Assembly (NCBI GenBank): GCA_017654855.1
Contig: CM030334.1
Location: forward strand, 2,480,001-2,544,000
Direction of reading: 5' to 3'
Source: Podospora anserina
Lineage: Eukaryota
Length of the DNA: 64,000 nt
Part shown: positions 48,784 to 62,422 of the stretch, in pieces
Position numbering within the stretch: the first letter of the stretch is position 1
How the letters are laid out: each line of letters starts with the position of its first letter
Notes under the pieces: generated by a model
Seen by the model: only the letters and a program-made list of their open reading frames with translations
Database searches by the model: none
Told to the model about the DNA's origin: nothing
Made by a program: the position numbers and the translations under genes

Positions 48784-50158
48784 AGAAGATGCGCCTAGGC
48801 CTGCTACAAGAGATGATGGGGGGCCTGGTTATGTTAGAATGAGATACAGGAAGACAGAGAAGGGACTGCAACACACTAGATATATAATGCGAAACTGCCG
48901 CCTTGAACATGTATAGCCCCCAAGTACGTATGCGGTGTTGGGGCGGATTTTCGACGAGACGCTGAAATAAATTGCGGTGATACTACATCACCCAACCTCC
49001 ATTCTACCGGCATTGGAATATGTGATGTGCAAAACTGCAAATACCTGTAAGTGCTTCCACAACCCTCGTATAATGGGAACAGCCTTCTCCTGATGTCAGT
49101 ATTCACTTGTACGGCCTTGCAACCTTGGACGAGGAGTGTCCGAGTGATGACAGGAGAGAGGCTTGGCTGTAAGCCCAGCATAAATGAAAACTTGCAACCA
49201 TTTCATCCCTTCGGCTCAGCTGATCTTCTGGGAAACAGAGAGTTATTCGCTTCCGAGGATGCAGTTGCTGTCAATGCTGTGGTTACAAAGATCGAGTGCA
49301 GTCGATTTTCGACTTGGACTGTAAGTGCGTCTATAACCCCATGGCTTGGCACATCGATAGTTGATATACCCATCCTGCGGACTGCACCGGGTTTGTGCTT
49401 TTGGTGAGAGACGCGTATCTCATCTCTCCTGTGACAATATCAGGCCCTTGATGCCACAAATAAAGAGGGAGAAGTCTCATCCAGGTTTTGTCGCGATGAA
49501 GTGGCACTGATGTTGGGCCACAAGGCTGCAGTCGAGCACTGTGTCCGCCATTGGGTATCTGAGATCGTTTGGTGCCTTAATGATGGTCGGCAGCTGATAA
49601 GATGTCTGAGCTTGACACGAGGATTGAAGACAATTGGTAAAAGCCGTCTCTTGGTGATGAGACGAGGTGCAAGCTCCGAGGTGCAGACCCCTTGCATCAC
49701 CTGAGCATGCAGGCTGTCCGCCGGTGCTGGGCTGGCATTTCTCTGGATCGACCGGGCCGCTGCACACTCTTTCCGTGCACCATTCAAGCTTCTGCGTTGT
49801 TTCACTCAACTCACCCTCGACGAAAACTCGGGCGCTCGTTTGCGTGTTCACAATTCGCCTTTTTCTCGACGTCTCTTTTCCGCTGTGTCGCTGACCGACT
49901 TTTGCATCTTTTTCCTGTTCTATACCCCACAAGCCTCTTTTTCCCCTCTCGTAGTTTTTGCCAAGCATTCTCGGATCTCGAAACCAACGTGATGCATCTC
50001 ACAAACTGAAGAACAGGCGCAGCCACCTCTCGTGAGACGCGTGTCCACTGAAAGATTGATTCAAGGACACCCCTTACCAGTTGTCTCCAACCAGCTTATT
50101 AACTCGCTCGAGGGACAAAGAATACTCCAAGTCGCTTCGGCGCCCGCGCGCATTCACC

Positions 50159-52631
50159 ATGGCCGACGAGGAACAGCCCAAGAAGAAGAGCTTCTGGGGG
50201 CTCTTACGGGCGAAGAGCACTGCCAGTAAAATATCCAAATTTGTATGCTTCTTCACATCTCTCGACAGACCGATGTGTGTACTAACATGATTTGAATAAG
50301 CTGGAGAAAGACCCACAACGAAGGGCAAGCACTGGGGAAGTGTACCGCCAGCGGAGGCAATCAGAGCCCGTCATCTCAGAGTTGAGGCCATCTGCCTCAC
50401 GTCGGAGACCAAGGCGGACCAACCCGGATGCAACCAAGGGGAAAGGCCGGGAGGATACATACGGCCCTTCCCACGATGCCGGACCCCTGACGGAATGGCC
50501 GCCCTCCGGCATGTCTAGCACCGAAGAGCTGACGCTGGGTCCGGCAATGCAGCTCATCTCGAGAGGAGTCCCCGCTTTCAAGGGACACAAACGCCCAATA
50601 CCGCATGTCTCGGATCACTACTATGCCATGTTCGCAACAGTAGCCGGAAACCGTGGCGAGGAGACGGACGCTGCTAACCATCATGACTCCATGACACAGC
50701 TCATGACCCTGTGCCTTTTGGGTTCAGGCCCGGCAACTTACCCGTGGGAGACGCTTGAACAACCCAGTTATTCATTCTGCTTTGGAAGACGCCCAGGGAC
50801 CATCACTCTCAACCATTGGGCATCACTCGCGAGCGTCCTCCCAACAACTATCCCGTTGCGCGACTCAGGCATTGAGCCACGAGAGGTTGACCTCGAGACC
50901 ATCTTTGCACGCATCAGAGATTTGGAAAGGGGACTGGAGGACGATGATGAGGACCTGATGTACAAAAACCTTTACCGGAGGCTACTCAGAGACCCAGACA
51001 AGCACAGAAGCCCACACAAGACACTGGACACGCAAATTATGGACTTGTTCATGGTGCTCTCACGACCTGATTGGATCGATTTTACCAATCTAAAAAATCA
51101 GGTGGCGACCAAGTTCATCTTCGACACCAGTGCTGCCAACGCTGAGCAATATCGAAAGTTCTTCCACCAGCTCCTCCTGAGCATTGAGTTAGATCTTCGA
51201 ATCAATTCCAGACACCACATGACCGATGCCAGAGAGAGGTTACTAGCCCAAATACCACCAACGATACAATGGAGCCTCGCCCTTGCTCGACGATGGCGCG
51301 AGAACGTCCGCGTGGAGGCCTACGGTCCAACACCCGACGATACCCGCCTCCGCTTCAAACTCAAACGTCGTCAAGTCAAGATGCTTAAGCGTTTCGCCCA
51401 AATGATGAAGTGGCCCAATCTTTCCGAAACCCTGCGTGAGCTCAAACAACGAGATGAAGACTGCGTCCTCGATCTTGTCAGCTCCCACGCCATGGCCTTC
51501 TTCAGCGGGCTTGTCCTCCCGGGCCCTACTTTCCCTTTTCTTATAATGAATTCCCTACTTGACATTGATCCAGACAGAGCCACTGACGATCTGGCTCTAC
51601 TGACTCACATTCACCCCAGCTGTGGCTTCCAGTACCGTAACAGTTATACTTACTGGACCGCCACTTCCATCGTAGGCAAAGTACTCGCACCTACCTGCCG
51701 CTCATTAGGAGGCTGGGTCGGGCCGGCTCGTCCAACTGGCGATCTTGCCCGCTCTCAAATAGCACGTATTCGATCCCGACGACCCCCTAACAAGGTAACG
51801 CCGGAGGATATCCGGTCTATGTCTGAGCGGTCTGATCCCCTCGGCCCCCCAACACAAGTCTTCCCAGTCAGCGAATATGCCCTGGTAGCCCCCGACCGCG
51901 ACGAAGACGGCTACCTTGCCGATCTAGTCCGCATCGAACTCCTCAACCTCCGTCCTGTCGGACCAAACAATAACACCCGCCCCAACACTCCTCGATCAAC
52001 CAATACCAAGTCCGACACCTCCAGCCCACCAAAGTGGTACGACGCCAGCATCCAATTCGCCATCGATGGTGTTTCCTGGCCTTTACGACTCACCTTTGAC
52101 GTGAGCTTCATCAGCGCCTGGCCTTGTACCGACGGTCCTCATCCATTGTTCTTCGACTATGTATATACACCAGTCAAAGCGGATGAGTTGGTCAAAGTGC
52201 GAGACTGGCCTGGGGTGTTTGGAACCGGGGCAGGAACTCACAGTCATGGGCAGAACGAGAGAAACGCGAGGAGCTTATCGCCCACGACCCCTGGACAGGG
52301 GGCAAGTGGCGGACATAACAACCAAGGGAGAACGGGGGTGTCAAGTCCGAGTACTTTGAGTGGCGGGGATGATGAGAAGGTGCTGGTGGTGGAGGCATTT
52401 GGGGTGCCGGATAATGAGGTTCTGGCTAGGGCTTGGTGCGCGCATTGGGGATTGAGTGCGGTTGTGGCGGATTTGGGGAAGACCTGGTATGTTTTTATCT
52501 CTTACAGTTACTATTCCATGTGGTGCTAATATGGGTATAGTATGGCCTGTGCAATCAGAGAGGCATACGCAGCTACAGTCACGGTAGTGATCTTGGTGGA
52601 CGATGACCAAGATAACCGACGGGATGATTAG
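50159..52631 (+). CDS. Conserved-looking fungal hypothetical protein (about 790 aa)
   Basis: Exons 50159-50242, 50301-52486 and 52541-52631. The spliced C-terminus reads EVLARAWCAHWGLSAVVADLGKTCMACAIREA (CxxC). Confidence 0.8.
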
Positions 52632-54975
52632 ACAATCGGAAGGGAGAGGGTATCAAATCAGTCAGGGTGGAGATATAACAACAAAACCTTTCTTTAATTT
52701 TTAAGACGAGCAAGCGGAAGAATGATATCCAAGAATTAGGGAGAGAGGGGGAATTTAGTTTGACATTTTCAAGGTCAGGAGCGAGGATCATTGGCCAGGT
52801 GCTATGGTTCAGTTAGGGAGCGTGGAGCAATTTGTTTCTTTTTGATTTTTGATGTATTTACGGTAGCTAGCATTGCGTTTTTTGGTTCGGTTATTTGGCT
52901 TGATATCTTGTAATAGATGAGCACAGAAGGAAGGGGATGAAAAGCAATACCCTGTTGGAACTTGGCTCTTTTGACCTTAAACTTGCTTATACCTGGGAGA
53001 ACATGCTCAGGTGAGCCGTCAAGTGCTTATATACTCATCCATTAAGCTTTAAACGGAACCATTTCACCACCCCAGCTCAGCTTTGTTAGCTCTCGCCCTG
53101 CATTTTAGCCAGCCATCTCAGTTATCAAATGACACGAATGGGATACCAGGCTTTCCAGCATAGCCACTCTTGGAAGTTTGTCACATCTTTCACTTTTGCT
53201 ACCAACTCACCCACTCATCAGTCCACACCACGCGTCCCCCTTACTAACAGGACAAAAAAGCATGTGCAAAGTGTGCAAATGGATATCTCGAACAAAAGTA
53301 CCGGGCATTCAACATTGCCCGGATGCCCGGATGCCTAGGTAGCTTACACGTGCGAACCAAGAGCTGAACAACCCATTCGAGTGGGATGACTGATGTCGAT
53401 AGGTAATACGCACCCAATCAATCTGATAATATCCATCAGTTGCTGTGCCTTATTCAGCTTGCCCTGTCATCCATCGCCTTACTTCCATGCAGCTCTCCAG
53501 TTGCGCCTTCCTTCGGTATCGCCACATCCAAAGAAACAGATAGAACAGACCGGTTTCTATTATGAGCGGTCAACAAGTCATGGTGTGTGTCACGGTCACA
53601 AGGACTTGGGCAAGAAGGAAACCCTAGGTAGGTACTCGGGCGGTCAAAAAGGAAAGTGCCTCCGCGGAAGACGGGAAGGGGCGAGCTGGGGAAGCAAGCA
53701 CAAAATTTTCACTTTTTCACTTGTATAGAAAGAGCACTTTCCCACGATCGTACCTACCCGACGCAACTGCTTGACTATCTGCAGAAATTTTCACTTTGCT
53801 CTTTCTACTCACTTTTCCATTTTGCAAAGCCATGTGTCAAAGGATTTTGATTTCCCAGCGTCATCATTCGTTACCTACAGCCTATGTCCGAAGAGGTCCG
53901 CGGAACCTTTTTCAGTCCACATCCTTCCGGCCTCAGACATGAGGCCTTCCTTCCTCCACATAGTCGGATACCAAATTCCACCCACCTGACGGAGAAACTC
54001 GAGAGAGGACAACCGAAACAACCCGGACACAATATTCCCTCACCATCCTGCCCCCATCGGCCCGAGGGAAGAAACGAATCCAAAAAAAGACCAGCTTTCG
54101 AAGAAGCGAAAAAGACCCCGTCCAAATACCCCGTCGATACACCGCCAAAATCATAACGTCATCATAAACCCGTCTGTCTTCCCCATCCTGATTTCCAAAT
54201 CGACCAAATTCCAACTACCGACCTCCCATCCGACCTCCCCTCCCTGCATCACCCCAACCCTCATCCGATTCGAAACACGTACACGCGGTCCCAGCACATC
54301 GGTTCAATCAAGCCCATCCCGCCCAAGGCAGACTTCCACCTTGTCCTCCTCAAAATCAGCCTTGCCAACCCGTCTGTCAAACCACACAATACCACACAAC
54401 GCTAGAGACATGAAGGGAAAGATATGCAAGTCATCCGATAGCCACACTATCAAACTGCATGGTTCGGTTTCCTGCATTTTTGGGTTTTTCATAAAAACGT
54501 ATAAGTGATGAGATGAAACAGGAAATAGTCAAATAGGTGGAGAGTCTCAACCCCGAATTTCCAAATTCTTGACCACAAAGAAAATTCCATCAACCCCTGT
54601 CACGGCCCCCAAACCCAACAGTCATCCAAGAGACCCGAAAAGAGGACAGTATTTGTCTCAATCCCCGGGCCCGGAGTTATGCCAAGTCGGAGAAGAGTGG
54701 AGTTCCGTCCGGCCGGCCCCACGTCGAGCGATCAAACCCGGTCCAACCGAGATCCGACTCGCGCTTTGCGTGGCGCAAGGAGACGCGTTGTTTTAACGCG
54801 AAGCTAGGCAGCAGCCACCTTCTCCTTGTTTCTTCTTTTTTGTTTTTTTGTTTTGTTTATTCAACGGATCAGGATGCAGTTGGAAGACATGAGAGAACTG
54901 TTAAGACCAGATTGTTCGCAAGACGGCGGTTTTCGCCCTCGTGATGTGAACTAAACCAGGTAAGTGAACAGTCCC

Positions 54976-55848
54976 CTATCGTCTCGACCGATATCCCGAG
55001 CCTTGAGAGTATATTTCATCCATTCGATGCCGACTCGACGAATTTCTCGATGGTCGTGAGATTGATGAAGACGATGACGGCGGAGCCGCGCCTGGCGTCC
55101 CTGGGATCTGGAGTTGTGGCGGCAACTCATCGAACTGCATCGCGAGGCGATACGTGTGTTCGGGAATCAGACGCTGCCTATACATATGTTCGACGACGTG
55201 GAAGTCTGGACGCATATGGTCGCTTGTCACCGGCTCGAAATCAATATGCAAGCGGATATGCTGCATGCGCTCGTAAAATCTGGGATACAGGTCGCTAGGG
55301 GACTCGGCGACGAAGGGGTAGTCATCGCAGAACCAGCAACGAGACTGCACAGGCAACTTCTCTCTCAAGTGGCGGACATGGTGTTCAATCCAACCAACTT
55401 CGTCATCAAGTCGAAATGTTGCCGAACAGCCCTTGAGCTCACTGAATTCGCACCACAGCTCACCAGTCTGCTGCGTCCAATTGGTAGGAGCTGGTGGCGC
55501 CGCAATACTTCTTCGTCCAGACGCTATCGAAGTTCTGCCTACCGAGCTCTGGTCATCCCATCGGCTGAATACAGATGCTGTACTGGACTGCATCGTGGAT
55601 GTAGTGGTATATGCTCGTGACGCAACACTCGGCGCTGCTGTATATGACGATTGGACGTCAGAATTGGTATGGTCAAACTCAGAACCATCTGGCAAGTCAC
55701 CGCTGACTATCGAGACTGCATATCGGGGAGTCTCAACACCGACACTGTATGGGTTCTGGGAATAGCCGTACACTCCAGTGTAGTCGCTCGAAGGATACGT
55801 GCGAAGAAAGTTGTGAATCTCGTTGGGATCAAAACCAGGGCCAGCCAT
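54976..55848 (-). CDS. Hypothetical protein with Cys/His putative zinc-binding domain
   Basis: Likely start MAGPGF (ACCATGG at 55848). Ser-rich N-half, then CEF....GC...WIEHHVRHL....CWFCDD...RMQHIRLH. Confidence 0.72.
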   Translation of the reverse strand: MAGPGFDPNEIHNFLRTYPSSDYTGVYGYSQNPYSVGVETPRYAVSIVSGDLPDGSEFDHTNSDVQSSYTAAPSVASRAYTTTSTMQSSTASVFSRWDDQSSVGRTSIASGRRSIAAPPAPTNWTQQTGELWCEFSELKGCSATFRLDDEVGWIEHHVRHLREKLPVQSRCWFCDDYPFVAESPSDLYPRFYERMQHIRLHIDFEPVTSDHMRPDFHVVEHMYRQRLIPEHTYRLAMQFDELPPQLQIPGTPGAAPPSSSSSISRPSRNSSSRHRMDEIYSQGSGYRSRR

Positions 55849-57993
55849 GGTGGTAATGGCCGATGCGCCGGGGTGGCGGTGACAGACAAGCTTAAGAAAG
55901 AGGGGGAGCGAGTGCTCTGTGAGGGGTGTTGGGGGTCTCAATTGGCGGGGGCTGGCGAGGTCCAATGGGTGAGCAGGGGGCTTATTCCTTCACTCAGCTA
56001 TGTGCTGATTGCCGTTGACCGATCCGATTCAAATCGCAAGCTGCTGCAGTCCTTGGGAAGTCCTACTGCAAGTAATTGCCAACACGCAGGCAAGGGACCA
56101 AGCAAGTGTTCTTGGTTCCAAACCCTACGCAGTTAGCTGGGCGTCGAGGCGAGCAGGTGTTGGGTGGTATCAAGTGTGCTATCGCGGATTCGAGCGCAAA
56201 GCCGCACAGCTACGGCACAGGAGGGGCCGGTATTGAAACGGCACAAGGGAACCGAGACGGAGCTGACGTCGTACAGATGCGATGTTGGCGGTGTTTTCTT
56301 GCTGTGTTGATGGAGCAATATGTGGTGGGCGTTTCCCAGCAAGAGAGAGAACGGTGGGATGGGGGATGTTTTGGAAAAGAGAAGCGGGAACTTGGGTCTG
56401 ATAAGACTGGATGGAAATGAGGGGCAGCTGTGAAGAGTGCGGGTGGTGTTGTTGAATGGTATTTGGGGCCGAGCTGTGATGTGTGGGTGGCGCCTGTCAA
56501 TTTTGGAAATGACATTTCACTCAGGATAAGCAGTCACGTCCGCGTTTCCGGGAGTTCCAGGATGTTATCAACTTTTCCATTTCCACTTCAACGCAACATC
56601 GACCGCTACATCGATCAACACCAGTCACGTTTTTCGTTCTCGTTCCTCTTACAGACGCGGCATGATCCATCCAGCTACATGGAGTCCTTGCATCGTTTCT
56701 GCTGCATGCAGACACCATCTGCCGGAGCCCACACCACCCTCGAGGCCTGGAGCCATGCATTTCTGGGTCGAGGTGTTAAGATGCTCTTTGCTATCTTGTG
56801 GCTTCTCTGCCACTTCTGTTCATGTCTCGACCGCCATTTCCTCACAGTCGTCATTATTTAGAGGGTCATCTCGACCTCAAGCTTGACGAATGATTCACGC
56901 GGGTAAAAACCACATAGCTTGAGTCCATACAAGCGACGCAGCATGCCGCAGTAGCCCTTGGCCAAATTCTTACTGCAGCCACCGCTCCGCTTCAACTCAC
57001 TGGCTACCACTCTCTCATGCTGCCAGCTGCAGCTTATCCGCAGAGCTGATGACCTTGGCCAGGACGGGACGGATGCCATCTGCATGGTTTAACCAGTCAT
57101 TCAGTAGCCTTTGACCGATTTCAATCCCACCAACCGAGTCATATATTTCATATACCAACGCATTGTTGCTTTGCGGTATGCTCCAGATGGACAGAGCTCT
57201 ACTGGAAGATGGGTGGGTACGTAGCATACCGGGAAGGGATCGCGCCGTGCGGGCCTGATAATAGAGTGCCAGCGGAATTATACTCTAATTCGATTTGCTC
57301 CCCAGATTACAGAACACCTGGTTGGATAAGATATCGAGGAGCCAACGCCGAGATCTATTCCTGTGGTAAAACCACATCGAGCTTGCGACAAACCTGCTTA
57401 ATACTTAGCCTCCGATCCGACGCAGTTGCGATAAAACCGACAGCCAGACATCAAAGCATATTCGTCTGTGAGCGACAAGACTCCAACTGGAATCAAAACT
57501 AGGAAGTTTCCCCACAGATTGAGGCTCTGCGTGCCCAAAAATCCGACCGCTGGGGTGATGGAGTATTTCACCACTTTGTTTCGGCTCGAAAACACGGACC
57601 ATGCAGCGTGCCACTGCATCTGCAATCCATTTGCCATGTTGGTTGAGATTTTTGTACCCTCGCTGACCCAAGCGAGGCCTCCTCCATTCAGAGCATGCGG
57701 GATGGACTGTGAAAGGTCACCAGCTCGGAAGCTCAAGCATGGAAGAATCCCGACATCATGAAATACCACAGTCAAGGCACATTAGCCGGCATACCGGTCT
57801 GCATCTCTATTCGGCAGGTTTGACATATTGGGTTGCGAAGGATCGGTGCACCCGACCTCTACGACGAAAAGATCCCGGCATACGCATTCCTGTACGTGTA
57901 CCGTACGCACCATTTAGTAGCCCAAGTGGAGACAAATTCGGCGGCTATCATTATCTTTCATCACGCCCATTCCTTTCTTTGCGGCTCAAACTC

Positions 57994-59577
57994 TTATTCG
58001 GGACAACAGAGGACTCTTGCCTTTGAGATCACGTTCCGGAACTGAAGATGCCCGCCAATCTCGTCACCTCTCTTGATGATTCCGGGGAATGTCACGCAGG
58101 AGATCTCTCGTTCGAACAGGCCCTCTTCATCTTCACCGCCGATGTCTTCCATGGTCTCGGCGTCAAACATGATTTGCTGGTGGGGGAGGACTTGAGGCAT
58201 GTGGACAGCAAAGACGGCTTTTTGGACAGCAAGCAGGCGTGACAGATCGACAGCGCTGGCGATGAGGGACCGGAGACCCTGGTCTCGGGCATCGTTGGAC
58301 TTTGAGGATGTTATCTCGTCGAGCAGCCTGTTGACTTTGGCCACGAGGGCGTCTACGATGGTCGAGGTTTCTCTTTGGAGCTTCCCGCTGGCGTCCTTTT
58401 GGAGGATGGCCAGGGTTAGGGAGCGCCACTGGGACATCATTTCAGGGGAGGTTGCTTGTGGGCGGTGAGTTGTTCATACTTGTGATGATTGTGTTGTTTC
58501 TGATTGGGGGGTTTGGCTTACCATAGGTGCCCAATGACTTTTCGGCTTCGGCTAGCTTGTCGGCTTCTGAGGGGGATAGACCGACGAAGTAGGTGTTGAA
58601 TATTGACTCGGTGAGCAGTCGCGAGACGAGGGACTGTAGGAGGTGGATCTTGGCTGTTGAGACGAGGTCTCTGTATGTTGGGACTAGGCGGTCAAGTTCT
58701 GTGAGGGTAGCCTCGCTGGCGTGGGAGAGGTCTGTTTTGAAAGAGCCGCAGTATTAGTTGAAAGAGCCTTTTGGCAATATCCTCACCGCTGGTTGATCCT
58801 TTTGCGGCCTCGTCCTCTCCCATTCTACGGTATGTCTTTTTTTGCATGTGGGAGCCTCCTTGTGCCTAATGGAGGAGCGACAAAATCCAGCACAGTTGAG
58901 AGCCTCATTGAGCTCCCCAAAACCTCCCATCACGCCCAGATCGATTCTGTCAGATAATGTTAAAAATTCCACCTACCAATCTTACTCCTCCTCCAATAAA
59001 CCAAAACCCAGTTCTGCAGGCCATTCCCTAGCTTGCCCATGCCCTCCTCAAAGACCTCGTCGCTTGTTGTTTGCCCGGACCCGTTGATTCCCGCCCCGCC
59101 GTTGCCCGATTTACTGACGAACTCCTTCAACCCTCGTATTTGGTCTTGGAGCTGGGCGAGTTCTTGCCTGTGGTCTGTTTTTACCTGGCGGAGGGTGTCC
59201 CTTAGGAGGGTGTTTTGGGCGTCGAGGGCGTTGATGTTGTCTTTGAGATGGAGGTTTTCTTGTTGGAGCGCTGATAGCTCGTCTTCTGGACTGTCCTGCA
59301 TGTTGTAGTGGCCTGGTTCTTCTTTTGGGCGGGCCGGGGATGGGGATGGGTTGCGGGAGAGGGAGAGGGAGGAGGTTCGAGATGGGGTTGTCGGATGGAG
59401 ATTTGACGTGGTGTTTCGTGAGGAGGGGGTTGCGAGGGAGGAGGAGCGAGGGGTGGGCGTTGGTGAGAGGGCTCGGGTGAGGGCCGTGGTGGCTGCTGTT
59501 GTTGCTGTTGATGAGGGGGGTTGGTTCAAGTTGCGGCGGCGGTTGGAAGAAGGGGATGGTTTTGGAGAGTAGGGCAT
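57994..59577 (-). CDS. Hypothetical coiled-coil protein
   Basis: Exons 59577-58977, 58731-58522 and 58454-57994, phase-consistent. Ser/Pro-rich N-terminus, coiled coil, C-terminal CVTFPGIIKRGDE.G.....VISKARVLC. Confidence 0.8.
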
Positions 59578-60154
59578 GTCGTTATTTAGATGTCGTGTTG
59601 GTGTAGTGGTTGTTGTTTATTGGTGATCTGTCGTGGTGGTGGTGGTGGTAGTGGTGGTGTTGGTTCGTTTGCTCGTGGGGAGCATCTAGGGGATGGCTTT
59701 CTTATGGGTTGGTTGTGTAAGTACTACTACCACCACCGCCGCGCCGTCTGACGCTGTAAGATTGGCTGATTAATCTCGCCCTTGGAAGAAACTTGCAGCC
59801 TAGGGGGCAATATCCGAGAAAGTGTGTGTAGTAAGATAGCGGCTCCAGGCTGCTGGAATGGATGGTGGTGTTTGATTGCCTTCAGCCTTGGGCGATCCCT
59901 CACGTTCGTTTCCGGCAGGGGGACCCTGTGGGGGTGGCCCAAGCTCCATCTTCCCAGCGGCTCGTCTCGCTCGTGACGGGACAGGGGAGTGATTTACATG
60001 GGTCTGCTGAGCTTGCGAAAATGTTATCAGATTGGGAGCTGCCTATCCTCACCGTAGGTAGGTAACAAACAACAACCTTGGGCATATTCCATGATTATTT
60101 ACCAGCATCAACATGGAGGCAACATCGATAGTTCTCAACCCTGATCATCCCCAT

Positions 60155-60958
60155 CTAAAACCCAACCTCCCCCACAACCTCATACTCCTCCTCCCCCGTC
60201 TCCCCCCCGTCTCCATCCAAAACCTTTTTCGCCCCCATCTTACAAATAGCCACCATTTCCACCCTCACATCCCTCATCCAGATCTGGTCCTCATACCGCT
60301 CGATAATATCCCCCGCCTTCTCCACCACCATCCTCTCTTTCCCATGTCTTCCCCTATGTCTCTGCTTATCCCGCCCCTTGACATAAACAGTATTCACAAT
60401 CGTAGCGTGCAACAACAACGGCCGGCCATCCTCCACCATCAACTTCTCCCCCTCTTCCCCAACCTGTAAAAATCTTTCCCTGACAGACTCGCAAAACCTC
60501 TGAAGTGAACCAGTGAAGCTCTCATCCGTAGGCGGGGCGTACAAGACGGCGGTTTTCGGCAGCGGGTGCATGCTCGCCAGACCCCTAAGCGTAACCCTCG
60601 GCTGGTCTGGCTCACCCTCCTTTTTAACAGAACTCCACATCTCCCTCAAATTCAACCCAGCCAAAACAGATTTTGCCTTCTCCAGTCTACCCTCGCTCGG
60701 TGGTATGCTCGCGCCAGAACGATCACCATTCACCAACGGCGACGGCGGCGGCGGGAAGCTGAAGATGCCAAGTGTCAAATGTAGAGTCCCCAGAGGTCGA
60801 ATAGCCGTCTCTGGTAGGGAAAACCCTTGCGGAGGGGGGAGCGTGACTTCGTCTTTGAAGGCGGAGAGCGAGGCGGCTAGTTGGGGGCGAGAGGTGGGTG
60901 TGACCAAGGGGATGCACAGAAAGTGCGTGGGTGGTGGCGGTTTGGGCCTGGGAGGCAT
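60155..60958 (-). CDS. 2H phosphoesterase, AKAP7/ASCC1-like
   Basis: THFLCIPL N-terminal motif and two HxT motifs (TLHLTLG, LLHATIVNT). Confidence 0.85.
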   Translation of the reverse strand: MPPRPKPPPPTHFLCIPLVTPTSRPQLAASLSAFKDEVTLPPPQGFSLPETAIRPLGTLHLTLGIFSFPPPPSPLVNGDRSGASIPPSEGRLEKAKSVLAGLNLREMWSSVKKEGEPDQPRVTLRGLASMHPLPKTAVLYAPPTDESFTGSLQRFCESVRERFLQVGEEGEKLMVEDGRPLLLHATIVNTVYVKGRDKQRHRGRHGKERMVVEKAGDIIERYEDQIWMRDVRVEMVAICKMGAKKVLDGDGGETGEEEYEVVGEVGF

Positions 60959-61848
60959 GGTGCTGGACTTTTCTTGAGTCGATGGGCTGTCTATAGTCAG
61001 TTAGTTCGATCGGTATCTTGAGGGAGGGTAATTTGGGTTTCTATAATTATATGCTCTGAGATTTTGTACCTTCGTGGGGCTGTCGTTGAGACCAAGCCAG
61101 GCTTAGCAGATCGGTGAGTGAGATTGGGGCCTAGCTTGCGACCCCGACCGGCCGGTGACTCAAATCTCTGCAATGAGAATAGAAGAGCCCAGGAATTTCC
61201 TTCGCTATACTCTTCTCCTTTTATTAGATGCTCTATTGAAACAGAGTAGAATGTAGATTTGTCCAAGATCGGCGCAAGTGTTGAAAGGCAACTTGCAGAT
61301 GAAGTCAGAAGGAAAGAACGATGGTCCGTGCACCACAGCTCATCCAACACACCCTGACAATATGAGAAAGGTTTTGGTATTTACTACTCCATCCAGAGGT
61401 GATGCTGCTGTCGAATTTCACTTGTGCACTAACGAGAGCAACAAGTGGACCTGAGCAGCTTCAAGAATACAAAGTATAAACTTCTGAATCGAAGAACTGT
61501 GGACAATACCACTATCACACCAAAGGCTACACCATAATGTCTGCTCCGTAGACATGCCACACCTCTCATGCAACCCGCTGAAATCAAATGCAGTGCTTCC
61601 CTCTCACGCCGCTCCGCAAGCTACGATTGCTTTCCACAATACCCAGCACTAGCCAATCCGTGACCTAAAACGTGCTGTTCTTATTGAGAAAACTGCTCCT
61701 CCCCACCACTAGCTTTTGCTTCACGATGGGCCTGTTTTGACCAACACATGATGGCCTCCCGCAAAGACAGTATAGACTATCGGTGCCGCCTCGACTCGAG
61801 ATTGTTGCCGTCTATCGTTGTGTTGTCGAGAGACGGCATGTTGCCGTT

Positions 61849-62422
61849 TTATTCGGCTCCAAAGAATTTCTTCATCTGTTTCTCGAGCTCGGCTGTGTCG
61901 ACTTTGGCGGCCTGGAGTGCCTCGGCGATCTTTTTTAAGCATACGTTCTCGTCCGGCTCAGACACTCCGTCGACCGTGAGCTTGTGTCCATATTGCTGCA
62001 CAACTTGACAGCTGTCCCGGATCTTGTTAAAACCAAGGGTGGCCGAGGATCCCTTCAGGAAGTGCCCCAGAGTAGAGAGTTCGTTAAGATCTCTGGAAGC
62101 TCTGCACATCATGCTGTCAGTAGACGACACTCCTCTTGCGCTCCAGCCACGGATATAAACTTACAGAGCTTGATCCATCTTCTCGAAGGTGTCCTGTGCT
62201 TGCTCAAAGAAGTTGATGACCAGTGGCTCACTGAAGTCCCTCTCATGGTCGCTCTCGTCCATTTCCAGGATCTGGGAGAAGATCGCATTGTCGACGTGGT
62301 CACCGAAGTCTGGCATGTTTGCGAAGTATACTTCGTCGTCCTGTAGTCCAGAAGCTGGGTTAGTATGGATCGCCTTGAGATGCGGACACATTACGGACCG
62401 AATCTTCGTCTGACTTGAGCAT
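61849..62422 (-). CDS. YPD1: Histidine phosphotransfer (HPt) protein of the two-component phosphorelay
   Basis: Exons 62422-62399, 62340-62165 and 62101-61849. Motifs FSQILEMD and LSTLGHFLKGSSATLG containing the phospho-acceptor His. Confidence 0.93.
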
